64,000 nt of DNA from Octopus sinensis (lineage: Eukaryota), in the NCBI RefSeq assembly GCF_006345805.1, contig NC_043010.1, positions 49,786,001-49,850,000 of the forward strand. Reading direction: 5' to 3'. A program made the position numbers and the translations under genes. Every line of letters begins with the position of its first letter. Position 1 is the first letter of the stretch. Positions 12,285 to 26,223 of the stretch are shown here, in pieces. The notes below the pieces were generated by a model. The model ran no database searches. It saw only the letters and a program-made list of their open reading frames with translations, and was not told where the DNA came from.

Positions 12285-12640
12285 GTTTATTCTAAGAAGT
12301 TTGCTTCCCAACCACATGATCAGTCCCATTGTGCAGCACCTATGGCAAATGTCCTTTATTATAGCCTTGGATTGACCAAAGCCTTTGTTAGTGGATTTGG
12401 TAGAGGGAAACTGAAAGAAGGCTGTCATGTACGTGTATGTATGTGTGTCTTTATGTTGTGTTTGTTCCTCACTACCACTTGACAACCAGTGTTAGTTTGT
12501 TTACATTCCCATAACTTAGCAGTTCAGTAAAAGTAACTCATAGAATAAGTATTGGGATGGAACTCTTTGACTAGATCTTTCAAGGCATTGCTTCAGCATG
12601 ACCTCAGTCCCATTACTGAAGCAAGTAAGCTATAAAAGAT
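12285..12640 (+). mobile_element. Diverged SINE (family of 34777-35195)
   Basis: aagaagtttgcttcccaaccacatg...ggaaactgaaagaag...gactgaagcaagtaa shared with the family. Confidence 0.75.
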
Positions 12641-14145
12641 GACAGCCCCTTAGTAGTAAAAATCTGGCTTCAAGTTTGCTGCAATAACATGGAAAAATAC
12701 CTGGCCCAATTCAGCATGATAAAGAATGAATCTTGATTAATATAACCTCAACTGAGCTGAACTGACCTTATAGTGGTAAGCTATAACATTCATATTAAGT
12801 GCAAATCTGATTTTAAATATGGCTTATCCACATATCTGTATGTATAGTATTTCATTTTCCTTCTAGTTCTTTATATTTCTCTGGAACTTATAACATAGAC
12901 TCAGTGGTTTGTGCCTTAGGGTTTTTCTTTCCTACTTTAAGACCTGCATTTCATGAAAATGTTATGATTCACCTCAAGCTATGAGACTAAGGTTCTCTTT
13001 GCTCACTCACCATTCATATTTCTTCAGCCATATGCACTTTTTATTCCTAAGTAACGGGGTTTATGTAATTGAGTGTATCTTGACCGTCACCCAAAATTTT
13101 GGTTTTGTGGTTATGTTAGAAATCTTTGGAAGCAGTGGTGTATTAAATACCTTGCTGTATTTAGTTCTGATCTCTTTATGAGTTCATAAACCTTTGATTT
13201 AACCAAATATATATTATTGGTATGAATTTTTTAAATTTTTTTTATTCATCTTAAATTCTACATTTCTCCTTGTGACTAGTTAACCTAGTGAGCCCACAAA
13301 AGGAATCGCCGTCATTGCTTGACCTGATAGAAATAGCAGCCTAATCGTCTTTAAATTACTCTCATAAAATGGAAAGACATGGGTGGTTTCCTAATTGGAA
13401 AGTCTTCCCTCATGTATCTGTTTAAGCAAGGCTGGAATAGGCTTAACAACAATTAGATAACTAAAAGCAAATTGTAGCAAAATTAGCATCCTATTCAGAG
13501 TGGAAATTAGTTTTACCCTCCTTTAACATCACTCTTGTGACAGACAGAACTAACGAACCAATATTCTAATTGTATTCATTTTGTCTCACTCTTCCTTCTC
13601 TTTATTCACACTTCTTTACCTTCTTATTTAACTAAAGGTCAGTACTGGTTAAGCAGTTTAATGATCGAAGGCGTTCCAGACGTTAACGATCTTGTCTTTT
13701 TTATCAGACTATATTGTCCAATGTATCTGTCTTCTTTTTAAAGACTAGATGTGATTTAGAGGAAATTTGGCTGCTAATTTTAGTGGGTCAGGTAACCACA
13801 TAGAAGCTCCCTTTCAGTGAATCATGTTTTGACTGTTTACTAAGTCTGTAAATTGTTGACACATTAAATGTATATATATGCATGTTTATACTTTGGTTCA
13901 AAAGAATAGATATTTATTTAATGAAGCCTAAACATTCCATATAAGAATGAAGATTGGACTATGCACTTGATATACTACTGTATGATTGCTATAAAAATAT
14001 TTTCTATTGACTGGGTGGGTATGAGGCCAATTTTATGTGTCTGTATATGTATATAATTTTCTGTATACATGTATATAATTTTATGTGTGTATGTATAGTA
14101 TGAAAAGAGCTGGTACTGTGTATTTTATGAATGCCAGTAGAAAGC

Positions 14146-14334
14146 TTAACCCATTAGCATTCAGTTTTCTCTGTCAAATGTGGTACTTATTTGCTCGCAT
14201 TGTTTGAGCTTTGAGATTTCAATGATGTGATTGTTTCCTTCTAGAATGACATTGTAGGATAGGTCTAAGATCTGGCCATTTTGAAGAGTAAAATAGGGAG
14301 ATTGTTTTGGCCGGTTTAAATACTGAAGGGTTAA
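14146..14334 (+). mobile_element. TTAA-flanked (piggyBac-like) MITE, family 1
   Basis: TTAA-CCC(A/T)TTAGCATT ... AAT(G/A)CT(A/G)AAGGG-TTAA; about ten copies in the window. Confidence 0.85.
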
Positions 14335-15032
14335 AGGCAAAATTGAACCATGGTGTTATTTCTTTTACTTCAGGAGTATGAGAAATTATGAAGCCACATA
14401 CTTCAAGAAAGGAACTTTAAATACTGTAAAAGCATTTAAATCTAGCATTACTTGGCTATTTCTTCCTGCCCATACTAATTGTATTAACGACAATGCTTTA
14501 CTTGGTTATCACTAAGTAGTTCTTCGACCTGTTAGAAATATCAGTCTCCTCTCTGATCACACCTGTATATTTAAAAAGAAAAAAGAGGCGGATAATGTGT
14601 GTTCATTTTACATCTGTGTTTCTATGATTGCATAGGTTAGAGGGATATTTATTTGAAGTAGTATTTTATGACTAGATGCTCTTCATGTTTGATGCCAACC
14701 CTTTTTTCTAATTATTATTCTGCTAAACTACACTCATGAAGTTAATATTCACTGGGAATATAGGCATGATGACACTGTTTTTCAGTCAAGCAAAGAACTG
14801 ACAACTCCCCACACACACACATTTGTTTGTATGTGTGTTCATATATATATATATATATAAATAGGTGTAGACTTGGCTGTGTGGTAAAAAGTTTGCATCT
14901 CAACAACGTTTCCAGCTTCACTCCTACTGCATGACACCTTGAACAAGTGTCTTTTACAGCTTTGGGCTAACCAAGCCTTGTGAGTAAATTTGGTGGATAG
15001 AAACTGAAAGAAGCTGTGTGTATGTATGTATG

Positions 15033-15076
<44 letters not shown>

Positions 15077-15469
15077 TATATGTGTGTGTGTGTCTGTATG
15101 AGCTAGAGGTTAAGCAATTAAGGGATAATAAATATCCAGTATACTACTGGTTGTATACCTACATATTTATATCCAAGTGCTTACTATTGCAGGGCAGTAT
15201 TGCAATTGAATACTAAGTATGAGTGGGGTAAAACATGGTGTGTGTGTGTGTATCATCAACATCGTTTAACATCCGTTTTCCATGCTAGCATAAACAGATA
15301 TCCCCATTCACAAGGCATTTGTTATCATGGGGCTCTAATAGAAGTTACTTGCGCAACATACTGTGTAGTCAAACTGAACTTGAGACCACTTGGCTTCAAG
15401 GCAAACTTCTTAACCATACAGCTAAACCTGTGCCTATTTCACATCTCAATAAAAAAGGCCAAGATGATC

Positions 15470-15720
15470 ATGACTTGTATTTGATCCTAGGCCTGTTCTT
15501 TAAGGATTCCCTTGGAAGCCAAACAACAGCAATCTTGTTCTTATATGACATGTTACAATACAATAGACTTGACTACTGTAAATTACTTGGAAAGTACTAT
15601 TTTTGTTAATTATTGTTTAGCCACAACCTCAATTTTTTTTTCTCTCTACCCATGGGACAGAGTGTACATTAGGCTGTGTTTCCAATGCATCCTTGTTTTC
15701 AAGGCTGTTCAGTGTAGTTT
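15470..15720 (+). pseudogene. Highly decayed CR1/L2 RT relic
   Basis: Translates ILFLYDMLQYNRLDYCKLL, resembling the L.LYKSLVRSRLDYC motif. Confidence 0.4.
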
Positions 15721-16355
15721 TAGGGAGATTTGGGTCAAGTGAGAGGCTCACTCGGCTTGCTCCTTTGTTAACTTTTCTTAAAATTAGTGGATTGTGACTT
15801 GTATAAAGCAGTAACAACCATTTAGAGACTCACAGTTTTCACTTGATTTTATTTATTATGTTCAATATAAAAGATTTTTTTTCTTTTTCTTTAGTTGTCT
15901 CCTGAATAGGCTAATTACATACACATGCATGCTTGCATTCATTCATGCATGCACGCACACACAAACGCATACACATTTTCACTTCCTATTTCCTTACTTC
16001 TTGAACAAGTAAAGGCAATAGACAGTGTTGTATATTTTAAGCTTATCAGACTTGAGATATGGAGACTAGCAAGAGGAGAAGAGGGAGGTTAGAACACAAA
16101 CAACTGACATGTACACATGTACTGTTTTTAGTATCATTGAATGAAGGTTGTAAGAATAACTGAATCCATAGAGCAGCAGATTCGTGTTTAGTCTCTTAGT
16201 ATTTTAGCTTTGTCTTTTATGTTCTGGGTTCAAATCCTATTGAATTCAACTTTGGTTTCATCTTGTGAGCTTTTCCACTGTGAGAAATTATTATTTGGAC
16301 AGTAAAGTGGAGCAGAAATAGTAAAACATTTAAATAAATTGCTTTGGAAGTTTAT

Positions 16356-16600
16356 GTGGAGGCATGTGGCATAGTGGTTAGGGTGTCAGCATCATGATTG
16401 TAAGATAGTGGTTTCGATTCCTGGACCGGGTGATGCATTGTGTTCTTGAGCAAAATACTTCATTTCACGTTGCTCCAGTCCACTCAGCTGGCAAAAATGA
16501 GTAACGTTGTGATGGACTGGTGTCCCGTCCAGCTGGGGAACACATACACCATTGAAACTGGGAAACTGGGCCCATGAGCCTGGCTAGGCTTTAAAAAAAG
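16356..16600 (+). mobile_element. tRNA-derived SINE
   Basis: A/B boxes (TGGCATAGTGG; GGTTTCGATTCC) plus the tgtgttcttgagcaaaatac...cacgttgctccagtccactcagctg central domain. Confidence 0.8.
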
Positions 16601-16982
16601 GGTGCATTTATTTTTCTTGTGGAAGTTTAGTTACAGCTCTAAGTTATAAGATCAAATCCTACTAGGTCACAGTGACTGTAAATCTTTTGTGCCTCCAATG
16701 CCCTGTTATCAACTAGAGTGCCATGTTTGCAAAACATATGAAGGAAGTCTTTTTACAAACATACCTCCTTTGTATGTTTTCCAAAGGTTAAAAAAAAGTT
16801 AATTTTATACTGTTTATTCATATGTTTTTCTTATCCCATTCAACACATGTCTCTTTTTAGATATCTTCATAGATTGGTGTCCCTTTGGTAAATTTGTATG
16901 GAAATTTCCAAGGAAGGCAGGGATTAGTGTAATCCTTTCTACTATAGGCACAAGATTTGAAATTTTGGGGGAGAGTTTTATA

Positions 16983-17350
16983 GGCTGTGTGGTAAGAAGC
17001 TTGCTTCTCAACTACATAGTTCTAGGTTCAGTCCCACTGTGTGACACCTTGAGCAAGTGTCTTCTATAGCCTCAGGCCAACCAAAGCCTTGTGAGTAGAT
17101 TTGGGAAACCGAAACTGAAAGAAGCCTGCCTTATATATGTGTATGTGTGTCTTTGTATCTATATTTGGGTCCCTCCCACCACTGCTTCACAACCGGTGCT
17201 AGTATGTTTACATCCCTGTAGCTTGACAGTTTGGCAAAAGAGACTGAGAGAATGAGTACCAGGTTTTGAAAAATAAGTATTGGGATCAATACCTTCAACT
17301 AAAAATTCTTCATGGCCGCAGTCTAATGACTGAAGGAAAGTAAAAGATAA
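16983..17350 (+). mobile_element. SINE (family of 34777-35195)
   Basis: Colinear with the family consensus seen in other copies. Confidence 0.8.
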
Positions 17351-18164
17351 CTGGGTTAGTCAATTACACAGATCCTACTGCATAACTGGCACTTATTTCG
17401 TTGACCTCCAAAAGGATGGAAGGCAAGGTACTAGTTTTATATTGTATACTGGTTGCCAACATGCTGGTTTATTACAAACACCATATGTCTACTTAGGAAA
17501 TGGTTATGAAATAATAAAGAAAACTATCGTTGTAATATGCGAACTAATTTTATATTTTCGTTTGCATAAAAATTCTATTTATTTGTAGTCTTGGCAACAA
17601 AACAATTTAGATTCCTTAGTTTTTTGTTTATTTTGTAGTAATTTTGAGCTGATTTAGTTTCATCATTATGTCTGCATTAAATAGTTTTGCTCATTTAATT
17701 ACTTTTGCAAATGGTGTTGGGTACAGTAGGATATGACCGAATTAACAATGAGGAAGCTGCAACATGAGGCCACTCAGCTTTTAGGAATAGAAGTTAGATC
17801 TCCCTCAAAACACACCCTATCGCTTTTAAAAATAGAACAGGAAAACATTGACTTCACCGTATTTGCTGAAGTAGTAATGAGATAGTCGATCCTTTGTTAA
17901 CATTGTTGTTTAATTGTTTTATTGTAGTTATATACGGCCTTTCAGTAATGGTTTGTTATTTTGTCTGAATTTCCGAGATAAGGAATATTCATTATTATAC
18001 AAAGATATATTCACACAAGCACTCTTGTCTTCATTGTAATAGTCAACATTGTTTTGGCCATTGTACTCTACCCACTGCCTTCTTCATGTGCCTGTTTGTT
18101 GTATTTAGTAATGTTCTCGAATTTGAGAACTAGATTCGTTATTAAATATGAGAATAAAGCAGTG

Positions 18165-18365
18165 AGCCGGCAGAATCATGAGCACTCTGTGCAAAATACT
18201 TAGCAGTATTTCATCTGTCTTTATGTTCTGAGTTCAAATTCAGTTGAGGTCAACTTTACTTTTCATTGTTTCGAGGTTGATACCAGTTGAGCACAGGGGG
18301 TCAGATGTAATTGAGTTACCTCATACCCCAAATTGCTGGCCTTGTTGCAAAATTTGAAATCATTA
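18165..18365 (+). mobile_element. Third tRNA-derived SINE family (gagctggcagaatc...gagttcaaattcc head)
   Basis: Related copies at ~24913-25110 (+), ~41695-41885 (-), ~59660-59830 (-) and ~62990-63190 (+). Confidence 0.75.
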
Positions 18366-18609
18366 AGTATGGGAATTTCCTTGTCCATACCTGGCATATT
18401 CTTATTAATTATTCTATCATGTAGCATCCCACTACTTTGTTACATTTCAGCCAGAGTGTATATTAGCTTGACTGACCCCAGAGATTAACCCATAAGCTAC
18501 TAACTACACCATTATATTTTAATACTTCATACTTGTATTCACTAGTCCATTGTTTCATAGGACAATTAGGAACTTTAAACTCCCCACCTTTTTTTTTAAT
18601 GTAAATCAT

Positions 18610-20400
18610 GGATGATCTCCTTCATCTCATTTTGAGCAAGCTATTCACAAGTCTCTGGTTTATTATTCTCTTCCTTTTCTACTATAAGCAGTATCAAATA
18701 TTTTGTTGTTGAGTTCACATCATCCCGCCATAACTGTGCTTCTTCCTGATGAGTATAGTGTATGATGGTGTCATCTACTTATCTCAGCCACATAGTTTGT
18801 TTAAGTGTTGATGTTCCTAAAACCATTTCCTCAAAGGCATTCCATGTTTTTTTTAACGGTCACTGATAAAGACAATTGTGAACTCATGGCTAAGCCTCAT
18901 TACTGTTGTTATAGGTCATACCCCAATTTTTTTGTGGTTGTTTTGTGCACAGAATGTCAATTTCCCCCATCATGTTATCTACTAGGACACTGGTACTTCC
19001 TCCAACTTCAGTTTTACTCTAAGCTCTGACTGAACCTCATCTAATAAGCTTACCATCCTGTTGGAATAAATGGGATCAGCATTCAGATTACTTTGTCAAA
19101 TGTAATGCTTGTTTGTTTGCGTTGTTTTGAATTGACCATGCACTATCTCACAGCTTTGAGGTTTCAATGGTGTGATTGTTGTTTATTTTAAAAATGGCAT
19201 TGTAGGGTAGGTGTGAGAGGCCAGATCTGGCTGGTCTGAAGATAAAACAGGTTGAATATTTTGGCCAGATACAGGCAGAATTCTTTACATAGGACTACCA
19301 CTCAGCCACTTGGGGATTGATTATATCTACAAGGAATCTGCTTGACAGATGGCAAATAAACTGACTGCAATATCGTCTTTGTGAACTTTGCGAAGACTAC
19401 ACGTGTGTTATCCTATTGTAACATTCATTCCCTTGTCTTTATTCATTCAATGTGACATAATCCTTGTTCTGTTTCTGAATGTGATGGCTCTCTTTCAGTT
19501 ATCAGTTATAAAGATCATTCTTTATTTCGTTACAATGGCTACTGTCTTCATCTACTAAGCTTGCCAAATTTTAAGAGTATTCCATTCTGCCTATCACCTC
19601 GTATTCATAGCTTTTAACTGCTGGTAGCATGATAATACTGCTGATATCACTCTAGAGTTTTTGATAGCCATTTCTCCTCTCTTGTTAACTTTGGTTTTGG
19701 AGGTTTGGCTTTCTCTAGTTCTAGTCTCACTTTCCATCTCAACTTCTTTAACCTGTATCTTAGGCATTTTCAAAACTACCTTCTCAATAGTGAAGTTAAG
19801 ACCTTCACTTAGCATTGATTTCTTGGCTATAATTGACACTTATTGATACTGATCGTGGAGGCGCAATGGCCCAGTGGTTAGGGCAGCGGACTCGCGGTCA
19901 TAGGATCGCGGTTTCGATTCCCAGACAGCGTTTGTGAGTGTTTATTGAGCGAAAACACCTAAAGCTCCACGAGGCTCCAGCAGGGGATGGTGGTGATCCC
20001 TGCTGTACTCTTTCACCACAACTTTCTCTCACTCTTACTTCCTGTTTCTGTTGTACTTGTATTTCAAAGGGCCGGCCTTGTCACTCTCTGTGTCACGCTG
20101 AATATCCCCGAGAACTACGTTATGGGTACACGTGTCCGTGGAGTGCTCAGCCACTTATACGTTAATTTCACGAGCAGGTTGTTCCGTTGATTCGGCTCAA
20201 CAGGAACCCTCGTCGTCGTAACCGACGGAGTGCTTCCTCCTATTGATACTGACGATGGCATTCATTGGTGGATGGTAATCCTTGTTGTATCTTATTCCTA
20301 TGATCTTTCTCCCTTACTAGCTTCTATTGTTGGCATGCCCTGATCTAATCAGATTCCTGTTGGTGTGACTTATATAGATATTGTTAGATTCTTTTCATAT
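18610..20400 (-). pseudogene. Decayed Penelope-like retroelement ORF (N-terminal region plus RT), interrupted by a MITE fragment and a SINE
   Basis: The minus strand gives LSEGLNF...KTKVNKRGEMAIKN (19594-19839; the PLE 'LSKGLNF...KSNLT..E..ALK' region) and LAMSSQLS...WLR*VDDTII...VEKEENNK (~18640-18890; the PLE RT 'GLAMGSPLS...WLRYVDDTF...MEKEENNKL'). The extent beyond 20253 is approximate. Confidence 0.7.
19855..20240 (+). mobile_element. Young full-length tRNA-derived SINE with 12-bp TSD
   Basis: TSD TATTGATACTGA at 19841-19852 and 20241-20252; CpGs largely intact. Confidence 0.93.
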
Positions 20401-20871
20401 CCAAGACTAATATTTGGTCAAAGAATGATCTTAGTCTGTTGAGATCACCATGTACATAGATTTTGTGTGTGAGCACAAAAGGTTAAAGTCATGTTCATAC
20501 TATTGTTTTAACACTGTTAAACTGAAAGTAAATAAGACAATATATCACACAGGCTGAAATCGCCATCAAGAGCATTTTGTAACCTCTGAAGAAAATGGGC
20601 CTGTCTCTGTATACCAAAACAAACTAGTCCTAGTCTGCCACTCATGTTCTCTCAAATTTACTAAATTGAATTTTCGTTATGGTTATTACATTTGCGATTA
20701 CACAAGTGGAATTGTTGTGAAGGAAAAAATTTGCTTTTTATGACAATCAATATTGTGGTGTATTTATAACTATCATTAAAAAGTTCATTATGCTGAAAAT
20801 AAAGCCTGTGTGAAAGAACATTACTGTAGAAATTAGGAGAGGTTATTTCTGTGAGAGAAAGTGGTACCAGT

Positions 20872-21071
20872 TTAATCCATTTAGCATTCAGATTATTCTG
20901 TCACATGTAAAGCTTATTTATTCACATTGTTTTGAGTTAATCATAACTTCAAGATTTCAATGATGTGATTTTTAGAATGGCATTGTTGGGTAAGTGTGAG
21001 AGGCTGGATCTTGCCAGGTTAAACATACAATATGTAGAATATTTGGGCTGATTTAAATGCTAAAAGATTAA
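20872..21071 (+). mobile_element. TTAA MITE family 1
   Basis: Same termini and body as 14146-14334. Confidence 0.85.
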
Positions 21072-21183
21072 GTAGTTATAGTGCAGAGTATGGATTGACT
21101 TTATTTAGATGTTAAAAATAAAAATAAAAAAAGCTGAACTTAACAGTACATTGGTTGCTAAAACTAAATAATGCCACTGATGT

Positions 21184-21406
21184 TTAACCCTTCAGCATTC
21201 AGATTACTCTGTCAAATGTAAAGCTTGATTCATTCACATTGCATGGAATTAATATGCATTATCTCATAGTCTCAAGATTTCAATGATGTGATTGTTTAAT
21301 TTTAGAATGACACTATAGGTTATGTGTGCCAGGTCTGGCTGGTTTGAACATAGAATAGGTAGGATATTTGAGCTGGCTATGGTCAGTTTAAATGCTAAAG
21401 AGTTAA
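21184..21406 (+). mobile_element. TTAA MITE family 1
   Basis: Same termini and body; adjacent to the previous copy in the same orientation. Confidence 0.85.
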
Positions 21407-24400
21407 TAATGCTTGTACCTCACATACCAATGAACCAGGAAGATGGGCAATTTAGTGTGGACCACCATAGTGAAAGAATTAGCTATTGATCAAGTATTTG
21501 TGAAAAAGTTAAGACTATGACTAACTTGAAAAAGATGTTCCTAGAATTAGTGCTGATGTAAAGCCAGTAGAATTTAAAATTTTGCTGGCTTGAAATCTTT
21601 TAAAACTGATTTGAGTATTCACAGTTTTGTGAGGTGTGGTGAAATTGCCAGAAAAATGTTGTGCCAAGTTCTTTTTACTTGCAAAGAAAGAAAAAAAAAG
21701 GTTAATTTCTGTTTTCAACAGGTTTTTTTTTAATTGCAGTCTGTGTGTGTGTTACAGTTATTGTCATTTTCTTTTGGCTTTTGCATAAGACTAGTTTTAT
21801 GAAGAGTTCTTGTTCCTGTTGGTAGACCCCCTTACTTTTGCTATATTTTGCTCTAGTTAATGCTGGTTCTTACTCATGAGATTTATCTTTAGGGTAAATA
21901 AATATTTGTACTTCTTACTGAAATCACCCTCCAAGGTGTGTTTAGACCTCACTTTTCTTGTGACTAGTGTTAAAATGGGTATAGGTTTACAAAATATTAC
22001 ATCAGATTTCAGAATCTCTTTTCCATAAACTAAGCAAAGTTACTATCTTATTTCTGTGACCAAATTTTAATTCAATGTGTAACTCTTGTGTTTTGTTTAT
22101 GCTGCTTCCATTTTTCATCTTTAGATTCTTATTTAATATAGAAAGAAATTGTTATTAATAAAGAATGACTGTTACATGTTTGTGTGTGAGTTATGTATGG
22201 TTATATGTATTGTAGTCCTATGTCATCTGTATAGTATTGACATATGCATACAGACTTAAAATTAATAATATCAAAGGAAAAACAAATTAAAATTTCTGTT
22301 AGATTTCTCTTCAATTTTAATCTTGTGTTTCTGATTAAGAAAACTGTTAATTTAAATCCAAATTAGATTTGGTTTATGTATTCACTAATTAATTGAAGCC
22401 AGTCATCTATTTTTAGCAAATGTTTTGTATATGAAACAATGCAATGGAAATATTGTTGAAAATGTTTGGCAGAAAGCAAGCACAGCCATTTATTCTTTGC
22501 CAGATATTTCTTCTATAGCTGTCTCATTTGGAATATAAGCCATTGGCTGTTGTTCCACACCCATATGCAAAACCAAATTACATGCTGTCACAGCTAATAG
22601 CATGTCAAGCTAGCTTTACTGTATAATTCTCTCAACCACTTTAACGAACTGGCTCTGTAAGCTTGAAACTCACCCATCCCATAATTTCCCCCATGTACAA
22701 CATTGCTTTGTCATAATTAACAATGGGAGCTCACACATTAGTTTTGGGAAGCTGTATTAATACAATTTAGCTCGCTAATTGACACTTACCTATTCGCCAC
22801 AACATCCAAAGCTGTAGTAAGTTACCTGTGTCCTCCCCTCCTCTTGATTCTTTTGGTGGCTTCCTAATTGTTTCTTTATTCATCACCTCCATAAACATTA
22901 CAGTCGATTTTCAAATAAGATTTTCTGCTGCTATTTTGAACTCCCTGTTTTCTAAATATTGTTATAACATGCTATTTCCATTTTGTAAGCATAAATTGTT
23001 CCTAAATTGGAAAATATTGGGTTCAAATCCTATTGAAGTCATTCGATTGTATCTTTGTGCAAGACATTGTGCTGTTTGCTGCAGTGTCTCACCAGTAAGT
23101 AGGTATCAGTTACATTTTTACCAAAGGTAATAATATTCAGTAATAGGGTATGAGCTTTAAAAACATGCAAATGTCCTAATTTGTAGGACCCATTCATAAT
23201 GTTTAAAAAAAAAAGAAGAAAAATAGGGCAGGTTGCTAATGTGTTGGTTATTTGATTGTTGTGTTTGATAACTATTGATTCAATTGAAACTGCTTTTATT
23301 TCAATGCTAAAGGAATTCTTAATAGGAGATGAAAAGAATATTGATTGTGGCTGCACGTTTTCTGGAGTTACTGGTTTTTGCCAATAGAAAGGCAGCAGCA
23401 GGGAGTTATTTTGAATGATATGCAAGTGTTTATTCAACAATTACTTGTCAAATTTAGGCAACTCTACTTTCTTGCTCTTTTCGGTACGTGACATAGATCT
23501 TTTGTGTTGTCTGTTAGTTACACTAGAATCTGTAACTTAATTATCTTCAGGTGACTGTGTATGATTAAAGAGAAAAGTGAATTAAAGAAGAAAAAAAAAG
23601 AGCATAAAACAAAATATAACCATTGTCTGCTAAAGGTGGATTCAGTGAAAACAGTGACTAGTGATTCAACTTCGTCTCTGATAGTCAACTCTGATCATTT
23701 GCTTCTTGTAGTGAATAAAATTAGCCAGTTAAATCCTGCAGTGTACATTTAGTTATTGATCCAAAGCTACAGCACACCAGATATCATCTGTTTCTGAATA
23801 TCTATTATTTCAATATGCTCTATGTACTTTATGGTTTGTTGACAGGATTTGATGCAAACAATGTGAACCAGACATGATGTTTATTGAATTTAAGCTAAAG
23901 CTTCATATTTCTAAGTTAAAATCACAAGTTTGTTTTTGCTTCTCATTTTTCTTGGTTCAGTCGCATTTGTGTATTAGTGCCATATTCCATTGACCAAGAT
24001 AAAATGTTATTGATTTTTGACATCCAAATCCTAAGTTCAATACTCTTTGAACAGAACTCAAACAGAATTTTTTTTAGCCATCTAACTGCTGAATGTATGT
24101 CAATTATAAAACCTGCCTCACAAGGCAAACTACTGAACTCTCATCTAGAAACTAGAATTCACAAGAGATGGAAGTAAGGTCATGTAGACATTTGGTGGTG
24201 GAAAGGATCTGTTTCTAAGTGAATATAAATTTATGGTAGATGACACTTAAGTATATTAGATTTATGTAGGCCATTGAAGAATTAAAGTCAGACAAAGTTG
24301 GCCTGAGTAGGCAGGAATTCAGAGGAAATAGAAGTAGGAAAAAAAAAAAAAAAAAAGACAACTTCAAAATGCAAATAGGTCAGCTCATTCAGTCTGTACC

Positions 24401-25993
24401 CATGTAGAAAAATGTGCATGTAATTGTTAGTGATATCCAAGCTTTGAATTGTTTGTTGGTTTGTTACTAACATTAATTTTTAACCAGCATATTAAGTATA
24501 TGCTTATATGGAGACTACTAAGGAGATAGTAATTACATGATTCTTGACAAAAGTGGCTCTAATTCCAAAAGCAAAGCTAGAAATTCTGTCTACCAATTAA
24601 TTATAGCCACTAGAAATGCAACAGAGTGCTAATAATTTTTAGTTAACCCCAGCCGGAGTGCTATAATCTAACAAACCACTTAGCACTGAGAGCAGTATGT
24701 TTATTTTTCATTGGATAGACGGAAACTTGAGAAGTTAATTTTCTGGCTCAGTGATACAATGTAGCACCAGTAATAGAATAAAAATCAGCAAGTTTGATCA
24801 TGGGTTCAGTACCATGACTCATTAATTGTAACTTCTAAAATAGAAAAAGTTTTAGCATAAAATTAACTTGCCTTTTACATGTATGATAAATTGATACATT
24901 TGTTTTAAGACAGCGAGCTAGCAGAGTCCTTAGCATGCCGGATGATAATGCTTAACGGCATTTCATCCATCTTTTAAATTCTACAAAGGTTGGCTTTGCC
25001 TTTCATCTTTTCAGGGTCAATAAAATAAGTACCAGATGAGTACTGGGGCTCAATGTAATCAACTTACTCCTTCCCCCAAACTGCTGGCTTTGTGCCATAG
25101 ATTGTTGTTGTTAAACAACAAGACAGATAAGGGTGATAGGTGATGGTCTAGGGCTTAGGGGCGTCTTTGGTCGTCTTGTTGTAGTCGAGGGCTCTTCGTT
25201 GATGCCCAACACCACAGGGAGGTGGCCCTTGGAGTCGCTGGAAATGGAAATCTCCAGGTCCAAATTTTGGACGGCTGTGCCATAGATGTGTTCCTTGGTG
25301 GGAGCTAGTCAACTTTTATACTGCAATTATCACAGTGAAAAATATTAAGGGAATTTGAACACATCCATCTCGACTTCCTTAATTAGAACATGTTAGAGAT
25401 TTTTACTTTGTCTTGAAAATATTTTGCAATCAATGGAGCCCTGTGTAGCCTTCCAGCTTACTAGCTCCAATGACACTGTCTTACCCATGCTATCATGGAA
25501 AACAGACACTAAATGATGATGATGATGAATGTTTTGTAAAATGATGTTTTCTGAAAGACTAACCACTCACCATTGATTCCATGCCTGAGTTTTATATCAG
25601 GACTTGTAGCTCAGTAAAAAGTTGAATGTGATGCTTTTTTTCTGGATATATAATGCCATGCAAGAGATTGCCTGCATCTGATTTGTGTCAAATTGGCTGT
25701 CTGGTTGCTAACCAGTGCTTTGTGATTTATTATTATTTTGCTGTCAGTCGTTGCGACTATAACTATTTGTGGCTTTGACATGGCTTGATATGCTTTCTCC
25801 ATACTGGTTGGTTTTTCATCTGAATTTGCCATTTATTATGATCAGTTCCTTTACATTTCATGTTCCATTTTTGCAGTATCTTTCAATCTCAGTCTAGGTC
25901 TTGCATAGTTTCTTTTCCCCCTTGTACAGTTGTGATTTATTAGCTATTATAAGGACAACCAACTGTAAATGTTCTTGCAATTTATGCGAACAT

Positions 25994-26223
25994 TTAATCC
26001 TTCAGCATTCAGATTACTCTGCTAAATGTAATGCTTATATATTCACATTGTTTTGATTTAATCATGCATTAACTCGTAGCTTCATGATTTCACCGATGTG
26101 ATTGTTTATTTTTAGAATGGGGGGTGAGTGGGCAAGTGTGAGAGGTCAGATCTCGCTAGTTTTAACATAAAACAGGTAGACTATTTTGGCCAGATATAGC
26201 CGGTTTAATTGCTAAAGGGATAA
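25994..26223 (+). mobile_element. TTAA MITE family 1
   Basis: Same body; right TSD degenerate (ATAA). Confidence 0.85.

Noticed and set aside
19855-19930. tRNA-like sequences at SINE heads (also 10187 and 34432)
   Set aside because: They continue into SINE bodies with a TSD and lack a proper acceptor stem, so they are not tRNA genes.
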